A stretch of 24,000 nucleotides of DNA from Candidatus Lokiarchaeum ossiferum (GCA_025839675.1 CP104013.1:4529675-4553674), one strand, 5' to 3'. Shown: positions 1 to 8,207, counted from the first letter of the stretch. Notes: generated from the sequence alone by a model not told the origin. Translations and numbers: made by a program.

Positions 1-1751
1 TGTGCAAGATCAGAATTGTCTGAAAACTTCCAGGATCCTTGATCAATGGGTGAAATATGTTCTCCATTTACTTCGATTATGCTAGATATAATATCCAAAG
101 GAATGGATATAAATTGGTCATCATTCTTCACCACTAACACAGAAATTAAAGATTTAGAGAGGGGTATTTTAATAATAAATCGAGTTCCTTCATGCACTAC
201 TGTTTCAATTTGAATTTCTCCTCCCACTTTCTGAACTGATTCTCTAACAATATTCATTCCCATTCCTCGTCCTGAAATATTGGATATTTCTTTAGCTGTG
301 CTAAAGTTGGGTGCGAAAATCAAATCAATTATCTCCTCGTTTTTCATTTCATTGAGTTCTTGTTGAGTTTTAATTCCCATCTTAAGAGCTTTTTCGGCAA
401 TTTTGGTTGCATCTATGCCCTTTCCATCATCTTCAATAATCATTAGAAAATTTCCCCGAGAAATTTTTGTTGTAATGGAAATTTCTCCGGTTGAATTTTT
501 TCCTGCTGCTAATCGTTCTTCTTGTGATTCTATTCCATGATCCACAGAATTTCTGAGAAGGTGATTTATGACATTCCCTAATTCAGTTAAAATTTGCTGT
601 TCAATTTTAATATTATTGTGATTAATTATGAAATTTATTTCTTTTTGCTTTTGTTTTGCTATATTCCGGACCATACGTGGAAAAATACGCAAAATTTTTG
701 CAATCGGGAGAAGTTGAAGTTCCAGTACCGTTCCTTGTAAACTTTCCATAAAACTATGCATTTCAAAAAGCAATTCATGTACAGTTAAATCACCAAAGGT
801 CGATAATTCTGATTCTAATTTTCGCGATCTAATAAGTAATTCCATAAACTGTCCATATAATTTGTCCAAAGTGGAAAACTCGACCTCAATTCCTTGAATT
901 CTTTTTAAAGTGTCTTCAACTGCTTTACTAGAGACAATAGTCACATCAGTAACCGTTTTCTCTGGAAGTATCGCTTTTTTCACTTCGTCTGCTGAAAGAT
1001 CCAATACTTCAACTTTTACCACATCCATGACTTCAAAAATCATCTTTTGTATTAGATCTGAAGCACTTTCAGTCTGAAAAATGAGCTTAAATTCTGTTTT
1101 GAATTTTCCTTGAAAAATAACATCTGGAGTGGGATGTGAATATATGATTTTACCATACTTTTGAATCTTTTTTGTGATGATCATAACTCGGACTACTTTT
1201 GCCGGAGCTTTTTCATTCATAGTTATGGTAATTTGCTTGATCGGATTAGATCCGCACTTTTCAGGATTAAATTCTCCAAAATCCACCAGGCCATACTTAG
1301 CAAAAATATTTGCTATTTTAGTTTTCTCTTTCTCTATATCTTCTGCAGGAATCACGATTTTATTGATTTTATTCTCAATTATTTCTACCGAAATCTTTAA
1401 TTTCTCACTATAATCTGTTCGATTAGCAATAGCTGTTATACCTTGATCAATAACATCCAATTCATTATAAAAGAAATCTAAAATTTCTTGACTAAATGGA
1501 ACTTTTCCCTTCTGAATCATGGAGATCAGAGATTCCAATTTATGGAAGTATTCTTCAAAATCTTTTAACTCTGATGTTCCTGCCATTCCTTTAAAAGAAT
1601 GGGCTATGCGGTAAATTTCATTAATTGGCAAAGGATCTTCCAAATTTTTTTCCAGAATTTGTAATTGCTCTTCCAAAATATCAAAATATTTCTTCGCTTC
1701 ATGGAAGAACATTTGTAAAAGATCTGGGTCAATATCATTGTAATTTACCAT
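1..1751 (-). CDS. cheA: Chemotaxis histidine kinase CheA (partial; C-terminus lies beyond the window start)
   Basis: Minus-strand frame is open from the ATG at 1751-1749 to position 1. It is absent from the ORF track because there is no stop in the window. My translation starts MVNYNDIDPDLLQMFFHEAKKYF. It contains the HPt phospho-His motif IAHSFKGMAG, the LLPIAKILRIFPRMVRNIAKQ segment, N-box HLLRNSVDHGIE, G1 EDDGKGID and G2 SGRGMGMNIV, followed by the start of a CheW-like P5 domain. Confidence 0.9.
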   Translation of the reverse strand, partial: MVNYNDIDPDLLQMFFHEAKKYFDILEEQLQILEKNLEDPLPINEIYRIAHSFKGMAGTSELKDFEEYFHKLESLISMIQKGKVPFSQEILDFFYNELDVIDQGITAIANRTDYSEKLKISVEIIENKINKIVIPAEDIEKEKTKIANIFAKYGLVDFGEFNPEKCGSNPIKQITITMNEKAPAKVVRVMIITKKIQKYGKIIYSHPTPDVIFQGKFKTEFKLIFQTESASDLIQKMIFEVMDVVKVEVLDLSADEVKKAILPEKTVTDVTIVSSKAVEDTLKRIQGIEVEFSTLDKLYGQFMELLIRSRKLESELSTFGDLTVHELLFEMHSFMESLQGTVLELQLLPIAKILRIFPRMVRNIAKQKQKEINFIINHNNIKIEQQILTELGNVINHLLRNSVDHGIESQEERLAAGKNSTGEISITTKISRGNFLMIIEDDGKGIDATKIAEKALKMGIKTQQELNEMKNEEIIDLIFAPNFSTAKEISNISGRGMGMNIVRESVQKVGGEIQIETVVHEGTRFIIKIPLSKSLISVLVVKNDDQFISIPLDIISSIIEVNGEHISPIDQGSWKFSDNSDLA

Positions 1752-1766
1752 AAAATATTCCTCTTT

Positions 1767-2132
1767 TTAATTTAAATCAATAATATTTTGGACGGCTTTA
1801 CAAAGCTGTTCCTTTTTAAAAGGTTTTACGACAAAATCTTTCGCTCCCAAATCCATTGCTTGCATGATGATTAAATCTGAACCGATCGAACTTACGACGA
1901 GAATTTTTGCTTTCGGATCAAATTTCATAATCTCTTCAATGGCTTCCAATCCGCTTTTATTGGGCATAGTAAGATCCATTGTAATTAAATCTGGATGATG
2001 AGATTTATATAGGGCAATTCCCTCATCTCCTGTTTCTCCTTCTCCAACAATTTCCATTTGCAGTTCTTTTAGGATTTTTCCGACAACTTTACGCATAAAT
2101 TCAGCATCATCAACAATTACAACTGTTTTCAT
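1767..2132 (-). CDS. cheY: CheY-type single-domain response regulator
   Basis: 121-aa receiver domain only. It has VVIVDDAEFMR (acidic pair), ITMDLTMPNKSG (phospho-acceptor Asp), VVSS and VVKPF (conserved Lys). It sits between cheW and cheA on the same strand. Confidence 0.9.
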   Translation of the reverse strand: MKTVVIVDDAEFMRKVVGKILKELQMEIVGEGETGDEGIALYKSHHPDLITMDLTMPNKSGLEAIEEIMKFDPKAKILVVSSIGSDLIIMQAMDLGAKDFVVKPFKKEQLCKAVQNIIDLN

Positions 2133-2154
2133 CAGTACTCACTTTTATTTTTTT

Positions 2155-2601
2155 TTATGAAAAAAGGTGGTGGTTCATGTTCAATTCATAAAAAAGGGTG
2201 TGTTCATCCCATAAAACTTGCTGTATTAGCAAACTATTTGGCATATTTTTGAAGAGAATTGGAAGTGGGAATGTTTGAATTAATCCTCTTAAGATTCTTA
2301 CCTTTTTTCCAATTAAAATTCCTTTCAACAAATTCTCTTTCTTATAAATTATAATTTTTGTAAAAGAATTAACTGGTTCATCAAATCCAAGAAAAAGGGG
2401 AAAATCTAATAGTTCTACGATAATTCCGCGATAATTTATTATCCCCTTTACAAATTCGTTATGAGAGGGAATTTTTGTAATATATGGTGCTGGAATGACC
2501 TCATGGATATGCTCTAGAGGGATACAATACGGTTGGTTTTGAATATGGAAACTGAAATGTTCTATTTGTAAGATTTGGGACACGGTTTCATCCATCTTCA
2601 T
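2155..2601 (-). CDS. cheW: CheW-like coupling protein
   Basis: The translation has the CheW-type core FSFHIQNQPYCIPLEHIHEVIPAPYITKIPSHNEFVKGIINYRGIIVELLDFPLFLG. The ORF-track start at 2628 is a TTG that overlaps the MCP gene. The first ATG (2601, MKMDETV) lies 7 nt after the MCP stop, so I prefer it. Confidence 0.8.
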   Translation of the reverse strand: MKMDETVSQILQIEHFSFHIQNQPYCIPLEHIHEVIPAPYITKIPSHNEFVKGIINYRGIIVELLDFPLFLGFDEPVNSFTKIIIYKKENLLKGILIGKKVRILRGLIQTFPLPILFKNMPNSLLIQQVLWDEHTLFYELNMNHHLFS

Positions 2602-2608
2602 TGCCTTA

Positions 2609-3541
2609 TTATGATTCAGTTGTATCAAATTTCAATGTCATTCCCGAATCATTTTCTAAAAATAATTGTTTTAAGTCATCATCAAAACCATCGTGTTCTA
2701 ATGATGAAGGGGTCATGATCTCCTCGTTAGGTGTGGATTCTTCCAAATTTAACGAAGTTAACAATGAATTGGTGGATTTTTTGATACTTGCAGTCAAATC
2801 CAAAATTTCTTGGGCTGCTTGATTTGTCTGTTGAGAAGTGCTAGAAAAAGTTGATGCAACGATAGTTAAATCCCTGATGGAATCGTCTATTTCCAATGTA
2901 TTTTTTTCTTGGAGTGATGTAATTTCAGTAATTTCTTTCAATTTACGTTCTGTTTCAGAAACTTGTTTTTGAGATTCATCTGCTAATTTTTGTACATATT
3001 CTGCAACAGATTTTAACCCGATTCCTGCTTCACCTGCTCTGGATGCTTCAATCGTCGCATTTATTGCCAAAATATTTGTTTTATCTGCAATTCGAGATAT
3101 GATGTCGGAGATCGAATCAATATTTTTAACTTCCTTACGAATATTTTGAATTCCTTGTGTTAACTCGTCGAAATTGGTTAAAATGTCATTCAATGCCTCA
3201 ACTTGTTGTGTGGAACCTTTCATAATTGCGATATGGGAACTCGCAAAATTTTCGCTTGATTGAGTGATCTTTTCGGTATTTCTTACAAGATGTTCCATAA
3301 GAGAGCTAATTAATATCCGATTCTTGCGATATTTTGTTAAAGCGATAATCGCAAACGCACTTGAAATGATTAAAATCACTAAAAGCAAAATCCAGATTTG
3401 AATATTGGAAATAATTGTGGAAAATGTTAGTTTTAGATAAATGAGTGGACCAATCGAACAAGTAAGAAAGAAGATCGAAAAATACCAGAACGATTGTGGT
3501 ATATCTTTATTTTCTAAAAGTTTTTTATAGGTTTTATTCAT
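2609..3541 (-). CDS. Short methyl-accepting chemotaxis protein (two N-terminal TM helices, no obvious sensor or HAMP domain)
   Basis: Two hydrophobic helices lie at aa 17-36 and 47-68. The MCP hairpin-tip signature is IADKTNILAINATIEASRAGEAGIGLKSVAEYVQKLADESQ. The flanks are heptad-like and the C-terminal tail is acidic. It is the first gene of the che operon. Confidence 0.8.
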   Translation of the reverse strand: MNKTYKKLLENKDIPQSFWYFSIFFLTCSIGPLIYLKLTFSTIISNIQIWILLLVILIISSAFAIIALTKYRKNRILISSLMEHLVRNTEKITQSSENFASSHIAIMKGSTQQVEALNDILTNFDELTQGIQNIRKEVKNIDSISDIISRIADKTNILAINATIEASRAGEAGIGLKSVAEYVQKLADESQKQVSETERKLKEITEITSLQEKNTLEIDDSIRDLTIVASTFSSTSQQTNQAAQEILDLTASIKKSTNSLLTSLNLEESTPNEEIMTPSSLEHDGFDDDLKQLFLENDSGMTLKFDTTES

Positions 3542-3547
3542 AATGCC

Positions 3548-3576
3548 ATCTCTTACAATATAATTGAAATTTACTT
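3548..3576 (-). promoter_or_regulatory. Promoter-like A/T-rich element immediately upstream of the MCP/che operon (copy 1 of a 29-bp repeat)
   Basis: Minus-strand sequence is AAGTAAATTTCAATTATATTGTAAGAGAT, ending 6 nt before the ATG at 3541. The TAAATTT / TTATAT boxes sit about 20-30 nt upstream of the start codon, which fits an archaeal TATA box driving a leaderless or very short-leader mRNA. A second copy with 28/29 identity lies at 5121-5149. Confidence 0.4.
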
Positions 3577-3748
3577 CTTACTGATTTATTCCTTGAGTTC
3601 AAAAATATTTTAAGAAATTTTTTGCTAATGTCATTTTAAAAATTTTTGCTCCAGTTTTCATACAAAGTCTTGCAAAATCGAAATTTCGTGTCTAAAATAA
3701 GCAAAAAAGTAAGCAAAATAATTGATGAGCTTTGTATTGTCGCTTGTA

Positions 3749-5002
3749 TTAGAATAAATTTTCATCTTTATCCCGTAATCGATCAAAAACGGGATTTCCG
3801 TTGATAAAAACTTTGCTTATTTTGGATCGCGTATCCAAAGGATGTCCTTCAAATAAAACAATATCGGCATCCTTTCCAACTTCGATAGAACCTACACGGT
3901 TTTCAATTCCTAATATTTTCGCACCATTTATTGTGAGTACTTCAAAAGCACCTTGTTCTGAAAGTCCCTCACGATGAGCTATCGCGGCGTAAACGGTTTG
4001 AAATTGGAGAGGGGAAACAGGATGATCTGAAGTTAATCCAACAAGCAAGCCCGCCTTATACAATTTTCCAAGGGTTGTCCAAGTTTTGAAACGTGTTTCA
4101 ATTTTTGATCGATGGCTGAATGTCGGGCCAATTAGCGCGGGTATTTGATTTTTTAACAAATAATCGATTATCTGATGTCCTTCTGAGCAATGTTCAATGA
4201 TGATATTCACATCGAATTCTTTCGCCAGCTCAACCGCGGTCACGATGTCATTTGCTTGATGAGCATGAGCTCTTAAGGGGATTTTTTTCTGAAATACATC
4301 AATCATTGCTTCATACTTCAGATTTCTTTCGGGAATGCTGGGTTCTGATAATTTTGATGATTTTTCTTTATCTCCATTGATTTCGTTTTCTTTTTGTTCT
4401 CTTAAATAGACTTTCATTTTTCGATTGTAAGCATCCCATTTAGCCATATAATTTTGAACATCCACCATAAACTGGCGAAAAACTGCAAGATTTCCCATTC
4501 GTGTATTGGGCATCTTTTTCTGTGCTCCATATACTCGTTTAGGATTTTCACCAAAAGCACATTTAATCCCGGCTTTTTGAGTGACTATCATTTTAGAAAG
4601 CAACGTTCCGTGGGTTTTAATGGTTGTCATATGTCCACCTACAACATTTGCACTTCCTGGAGCGACACAAATGCATGTCACTCCTCCTGAGACGGCTCTT
4701 CGCAACCCTCGATCTTTCGGGTTAATTGCATCAATAACCCTTACCTGGGGGGTGATTGGATCTGTAGATTCATTTCCGTCTTGGTGAAATCCAATTTCCT
4801 CTTCGAATACAGATGCGTGACTATGGGCATCAATAATACCGGGGAAAGCGATCATATCTTTCGCATCAATAATTTCTGCACCTTGGGGTACCTCATATCC
4901 TTCTCCCACTTTGGTAATCTTGCCATTTTCAATGAAAATATGCCCTTGATTTATTATTTTTCTGGTCACGGGAATAATTTTGTCACACAATAAAACTTTC
5001 AT
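3749..5002 (-). CDS. Metal-dependent amidohydrolase superfamily protein (imidazolonepropionase-like clade)
   Basis: 417 aa. It has the N-terminal HxH metal motif PGIIDAHSHAS, later His/Asp ligand motifs (LRAHAHQANDI, IIEHCSEGH, LTSDHPV), and the C-terminal GSIEVGKDADIVLF motif typical of the family. Confidence 0.85.
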   Translation of the reverse strand: MKVLLCDKIIPVTRKIINQGHIFIENGKITKVGEGYEVPQGAEIIDAKDMIAFPGIIDAHSHASVFEEEIGFHQDGNESTDPITPQVRVIDAINPKDRGLRRAVSGGVTCICVAPGSANVVGGHMTTIKTHGTLLSKMIVTQKAGIKCAFGENPKRVYGAQKKMPNTRMGNLAVFRQFMVDVQNYMAKWDAYNRKMKVYLREQKENEINGDKEKSSKLSEPSIPERNLKYEAMIDVFQKKIPLRAHAHQANDIVTAVELAKEFDVNIIIEHCSEGHQIIDYLLKNQIPALIGPTFSHRSKIETRFKTWTTLGKLYKAGLLVGLTSDHPVSPLQFQTVYAAIAHREGLSEQGAFEVLTINGAKILGIENRVGSIEVGKDADIVLFEGHPLDTRSKISKVFINGNPVFDRLRDKDENLF

Positions 5003-5120
5003 ATTAAGTTTAAATAGGGGATAATTATTAAATTAGAAGAAAAAATCGATCTTATGGTTGCATTCAATTGATTGAGAGACGCATGAAATTAAAAAAGCAT
5101 GTAGCCTCTTTCCAAAATAT

Positions 5121-5149
5121 ATCTCGTACAATATAATTGAAATTTACTT
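5121..5149 (-). repeat. Second copy of the 29-bp promoter-like element (28/29 identical to 3548-3576)
   Basis: Plus strand reads atctcGtacaatataattgaaatttactt, against atctcTtacaatataattgaaatttactt at 3548-3576. The following 10-15 nt are also similar (catttatcc vs gatttattcc). It lies about 120 nt upstream of the amidohydrolase start. Confidence 0.6.
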
Positions 5150-5269
5150 ACATTTATCCTATTTTTAACGAAATAATCACTTCAAGTAAAAATGATTGGG
5201 GGGATTTTTCGTACAACTACCAATTTTCTTAAATTATGATTTTAGCCATTAACAATTGAGAAAAAAGTA

Positions 5270-6613
5270 TTAGTTTTTTGTGATTTTACCACATTCCGGG
5301 CATTGAGCTAAATTAGGATTATAATCGATCCCACAGTATAAACAAACAATATTGGGTATAATCTCCACAATTGGGGTTGATTTTGTTGTTGGATCTTGTT
5401 CTCTTATTGGGATGGTTTCTACTGTTGGTTCTTGGTCAGTTATCGGGGTGGTTTCTACTGTTGGTTCTTGGTCAGTTATCGGGGTGGTTTCTACTGTTGG
5501 TTCTTGGTCTGTTATCGGGGTGGTTTCTACTGTTGGTTCTTGGCCTTTTATCGGGGTGGTTTCTACTGTTGGTTCTTGGTCTGTTATTGGGGTCGATTTG
5601 ACAATTGCTTTCTTATTTTCTTTCATTAATTCTGAGCTTTTATTTTCATAATTTCGATTAATTGCTGAATTGGGTTGAGTTTCGGTGGATTGTGTGAATT
5701 TTTGGTTATTTAATCGTATTTGGTGAATTGCATCATTAATTCTTGACATTTCTAACTGTGTATCTGCCATTTTATCTGATGCGTTGCTTTTCCTTGTATT
5801 TAAAGTTCTTTTTTCTTGTTCCGAAGAGAAAATTTGTTGTTCCTTAAATGATTTTGAAGGAAATACTTTGTTCGTAATTGTTGGGGTAAATTGTTCACCA
5901 TTTTTTGCATGGGTAAAACCAATATCTATTAAAAGGATGCCTAAAAATAGTCCAATTGCACAAAAAATATACAATGTTGGATTTCCTCCTATATATAAGC
6001 TCAAATATAAATTAAGGACTTGAAAATCTAACCGCTGACCATAAAATAGCAGGGGGATTCCTAATTTAAAATTCTTGTATTGATCTTGATAATTTTCCTT
6101 AATATTATATGGAAAATTCAACTTGGTTACCAGTTGAAATATAAGAATTCCCCCTAAAATATCATACCATAAGAATATGGCTCCAGAATACCAGTATACT
6201 ATCGAAATTATTCCAATTACTCCATAAATTATCAACACACTTTGTTTTAATTGCTTGTGTAGGGCAGGTGCATAGATTTCTTTAATAATATTAAAATAAA
6301 ATACAATATCTGGTATGAAGAATAGAGCATTGGCAAAAAACCATCCATTATTTTTGATCAAAAATCTTAGAAAATATGTTATGGTGATGTACACATAGTA
6401 TATTTGCAAAAATTTGGGTCTCTGGTTTTTATTATTATGTAAAAATTTAATATATCTTTCTATAATTTCAGGTGCTTTAATGTGTGCTAAATTCATTTTT
6501 TTGACACAAATCGGAAAAATAATCAAATTTAGAAGCCAAATTAGCAAGATTATTCCAACAATAACGTTATATATTGTAAAAGTTATAATTTCTGACCCAG
6601 AACCTCTATACAT
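5270..6613 (-). CDS. Polytopic membrane protein with a Thr/Pro/Glu-rich 12-aa tandem-repeat linker and a C-terminal zinc ribbon
   Basis: 447 aa with an ATG start. The first 235 aa hold about 6-7 hydrophobic helices. A low-complexity region follows with TPITDQEPTVET repeated about 5 times. The protein ends in CLYCGIDYNPNLAQCPECGK (CxxC-N10-CxxC). Confidence 0.7.
   Translation of the reverse strand: MYRGSGSEIITFTIYNVIVGIILLIWLLNLIIFPICVKKMNLAHIKAPEIIERYIKFLHNNKNQRPKFLQIYYVYITITYFLRFLIKNNGWFFANALFFIPDIVFYFNIIKEIYAPALHKQLKQSVLIIYGVIGIISIVYWYSGAIFLWYDILGGILIFQLVTKLNFPYNIKENYQDQYKNFKLGIPLLFYGQRLDFQVLNLYLSLYIGGNPTLYIFCAIGLFLGILLIDIGFTHAKNGEQFTPTITNKVFPSKSFKEQQIFSSEQEKRTLNTRKSNASDKMADTQLEMSRINDAIHQIRLNNQKFTQSTETQPNSAINRNYENKSSELMKENKKAIVKSTPITDQEPTVETTPIKGQEPTVETTPITDQEPTVETTPITDQEPTVETTPITDQEPTVETIPIREQDPTTKSTPIVEIIPNIVCLYCGIDYNPNLAQCPECGKITKN
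5378..5593. repeat. 36-bp tandem repeat: 5 near-perfect units (5414-5593) plus one degenerate unit (5378-5413)
   Basis: The plus-strand unit ggtttctactgttggttcttggtcagttatcggggt starts at 5414, 5450, 5486, 5522 and 5558, with 0-4 substitutions per unit. It is in frame with the 447-aa ORF (12 aa per unit). Confidence 0.95.
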
Positions 6614-6781
6614 AGTTTCACTTCCCTATAATATTTTAGCTACAAATTTAAACTACTTTTGCTCTTTTTAAGAATTCCAACAAATTTATAAACATTATCT
6701 ATATATTATTGCTTATTTAAACCTTATAGAGAATCCATCCGCAAGAATTTTATAGAGAAAAAGAATATATTCCATCTCATT

Positions 6782-6919
6782 TCAAGAAGTAATTATTTTG
6801 CGAATTAAATTAATAACCGTATATTTTAAGGTGTACCAAACGATTATTCCCCCAAATAGGCCTATAAAAATGACAATGGCTCCATAGGTTCCAATTAATC
6901 CATAAATAAACTCAAACAT
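6782..6919 (-). CDS. Possible 45-aa single-TM micro-protein (below the ORF-track length cut-off)
   Basis: My translation is MFEFIYGLIGTYGAIVIFIGLFGGIIVWYTLKYTVINLIRKIITS*, with an ATG start. A GGAG lies about 9 nt upstream (aatGGAGttaggattaATG). It has one clear hydrophobic helix followed by a basic tail. There is no other support. Confidence 0.35.
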   Translation of the reverse strand: MFEFIYGLIGTYGAIVIFIGLFGGIIVWYTLKYTVINLIRKIITS

Positions 6920-6960
6920 TAATCCTAACTCCATTAATTAAATTTGAAATAATTTGTCTC

Positions 6961-6984
6961 ATAATCCTTACCTTATAGGATTAT
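6961..6984. promoter_or_regulatory. Perfect 8-bp inverted repeat (ATAATCCT-N8-AGGATTAT) in the divergent intergenic region
   Basis: ataatcct (6961-6968) and aggattat (6977-6984) are exact reverse complements separated by taccttat. The site lies between the minus-strand micro-ORF and the plus-strand gene starting at 7119. Confidence 0.3.
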
Positions 6985-7118
6985 TCAAGTTAATAAATGT
7001 TATAGAAAAAATCTCATCCATACTTTTTGATAGTAAAAATTATGTGATAATAACTTGTTTCATAACCCATATATTAAGGCTTTGTCATAATATATTTATA
7101 CCTACACAGTGATTTCCC

Positions 7119-8117
7119 ATGATTCATCAAATATATATATTAACATCTGATTCAGGTCTTCCTCTTGTCCAAGTTGATTTTAATGAAATCCCAAATGAAG
7201 AAGCATCGAAAGATACCATTTTGTTCAGTGGAGCGTTAACAAGTATTCGATTATTCTTAAAAGAGTGTAAGATTGGGGATTTATCCAATTTCACTACCAA
7301 TGATAAACAAATTGAGATGTGTTATTTAACTTACATTACTGTGGCTGTAGTTGCTGACCGTGAATCACCTTCAAAAAAAATTTTAGAAGATATTACCTCG
7401 GATATTGCAGCCATGTTTATCTCCATTTTCAAAAACACTTTAGAAAACTTCAATGGAAATCTTTCTCCCTTTCAAGAATTCAGTGCTGAACTAAAAGATT
7501 TTGTCAATCTTAAATTGGAACAAAGCAGAGAAAAAGAAACTAAATTTCAGCCTGTTCTAAATGCTCCTGGGCAAAACTCCCACAGTATTGAAGAATGGTT
7601 AAAAAACCAATTTTCAATGGATGCTCAAATAGATACTCAGAAAGAACTTCTAATTGATGGTAAAATTCTCAAAATGGATTATATTCTTAACTCTGGATCC
7701 CGAAAATTAAATCGAATTGATAAATTTCTCGCTAGACGATTATATAAACTCGATTTCCAAGATCAAATTCTCGTTAAAATCTTAGATGTTGTGCACGGGC
7801 CAGCTCAAATCAAAGAATTTTTAACACTGATATCTAAAATGGGGGATGTTGATGCCAATATTGATCCACCTTCTCATAATTGGTTACCTTCAAAAGTAAT
7901 ATTCCTCGGGCCCACTGTTCAGAAAGATCTATTCGAAAATTTGGGAAGAATCATAAAAAATTATAAAGGAATTGCTGTAATAACACCAGAATATGTTGAT
8001 CATATTCACAAAGATCATTCTCCGCATCATGCGTTTTTACGTTGCGAAATTTCTGCTTGGCAATGGGATTTGAATCAAATTACCTCGATAAATGTTCCCA
8101 AGAAAGTTTTTCCCTAA
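7119..8117 (+). CDS. Hypothetical protein with an N-terminal longin/roadblock-like alpha/beta module
   Basis: 332 aa with an ATG start. The N-terminal 105 aa show a beta-beta-alpha-beta-beta-alpha hydrophobicity pattern: IYILTSDSG / PLVQVDF / ILFSGALTSIRLFLKE / LSNFTTNDKQIEM / YITVAVVADRE / ILEDITSDIAAMFISIF. I do not recognise the remainder. Confidence 0.6.
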   Translation: MIHQIYILTSDSGLPLVQVDFNEIPNEEASKDTILFSGALTSIRLFLKECKIGDLSNFTTNDKQIEMCYLTYITVAVVADRESPSKKILEDITSDIAAMFISIFKNTLENFNGNLSPFQEFSAELKDFVNLKLEQSREKETKFQPVLNAPGQNSHSIEEWLKNQFSMDAQIDTQKELLIDGKILKMDYILNSGSRKLNRIDKFLARRLYKLDFQDQILVKILDVVHGPAQIKEFLTLISKMGDVDANIDPPSHNWLPSKVIFLGPTVQKDLFENLGRIIKNYKGIAVITPEYVDHIHKDHSPHHAFLRCEISAWQWDLNQITSINVPKKVFP

Positions 8118-8172
8118 ATCTGGAGTATATTGGATTATGGAATGATTTCCAGCAAAACATAATAAATTAAAA

Positions 8173-8183
8173 ATTTTTTTTTT
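8173..8183 (+). terminator. Oligo-T tract (T11) downstream of the 7119-8117 gene
   Basis: An 11-T run lies 56 nt after the stop codon, between convergent genes. Archaeal RNA polymerase terminates at oligo-T tracts. Confidence 0.4.
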
Positions 8184-8207
8184 AACACCACGATATATCT
8201 CATTTTA

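Noticed and set aside
1161-1413. Two overlapping 79-aa plus-strand ORFs
   Set aside because: They are antisense to the continuous CheA reading frame, which has clear kinase motifs. They are low-complexity, AT-driven ORFs.
4454-4993. Three plus-strand ORFs (78, 68 and 70 aa)
   Set aside because: They are antisense to the amidohydrolase gene, whose metal-binding motifs support the minus-strand frame.
5378-5593. Regularly spaced 36-bp repeats that could be mistaken for a CRISPR array
   Set aside because: The units are directly abutting with no spacers, lie in frame inside a long ORF, and encode a 12-aa peptide repeat. No cas genes or leader are nearby.
5352-5651. Three plus-strand ORFs (99, 76 and 77 aa) with striking internal repeats (e.g. 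VVSTVGSWSVIG repeated)
   Set aside because: They are the antisense and alternate-frame readings of the 36-bp tandem repeat inside the well-supported minus-strand 447-aa gene. Their repetitiveness is a by-product of that repeat, not independent coding evidence.
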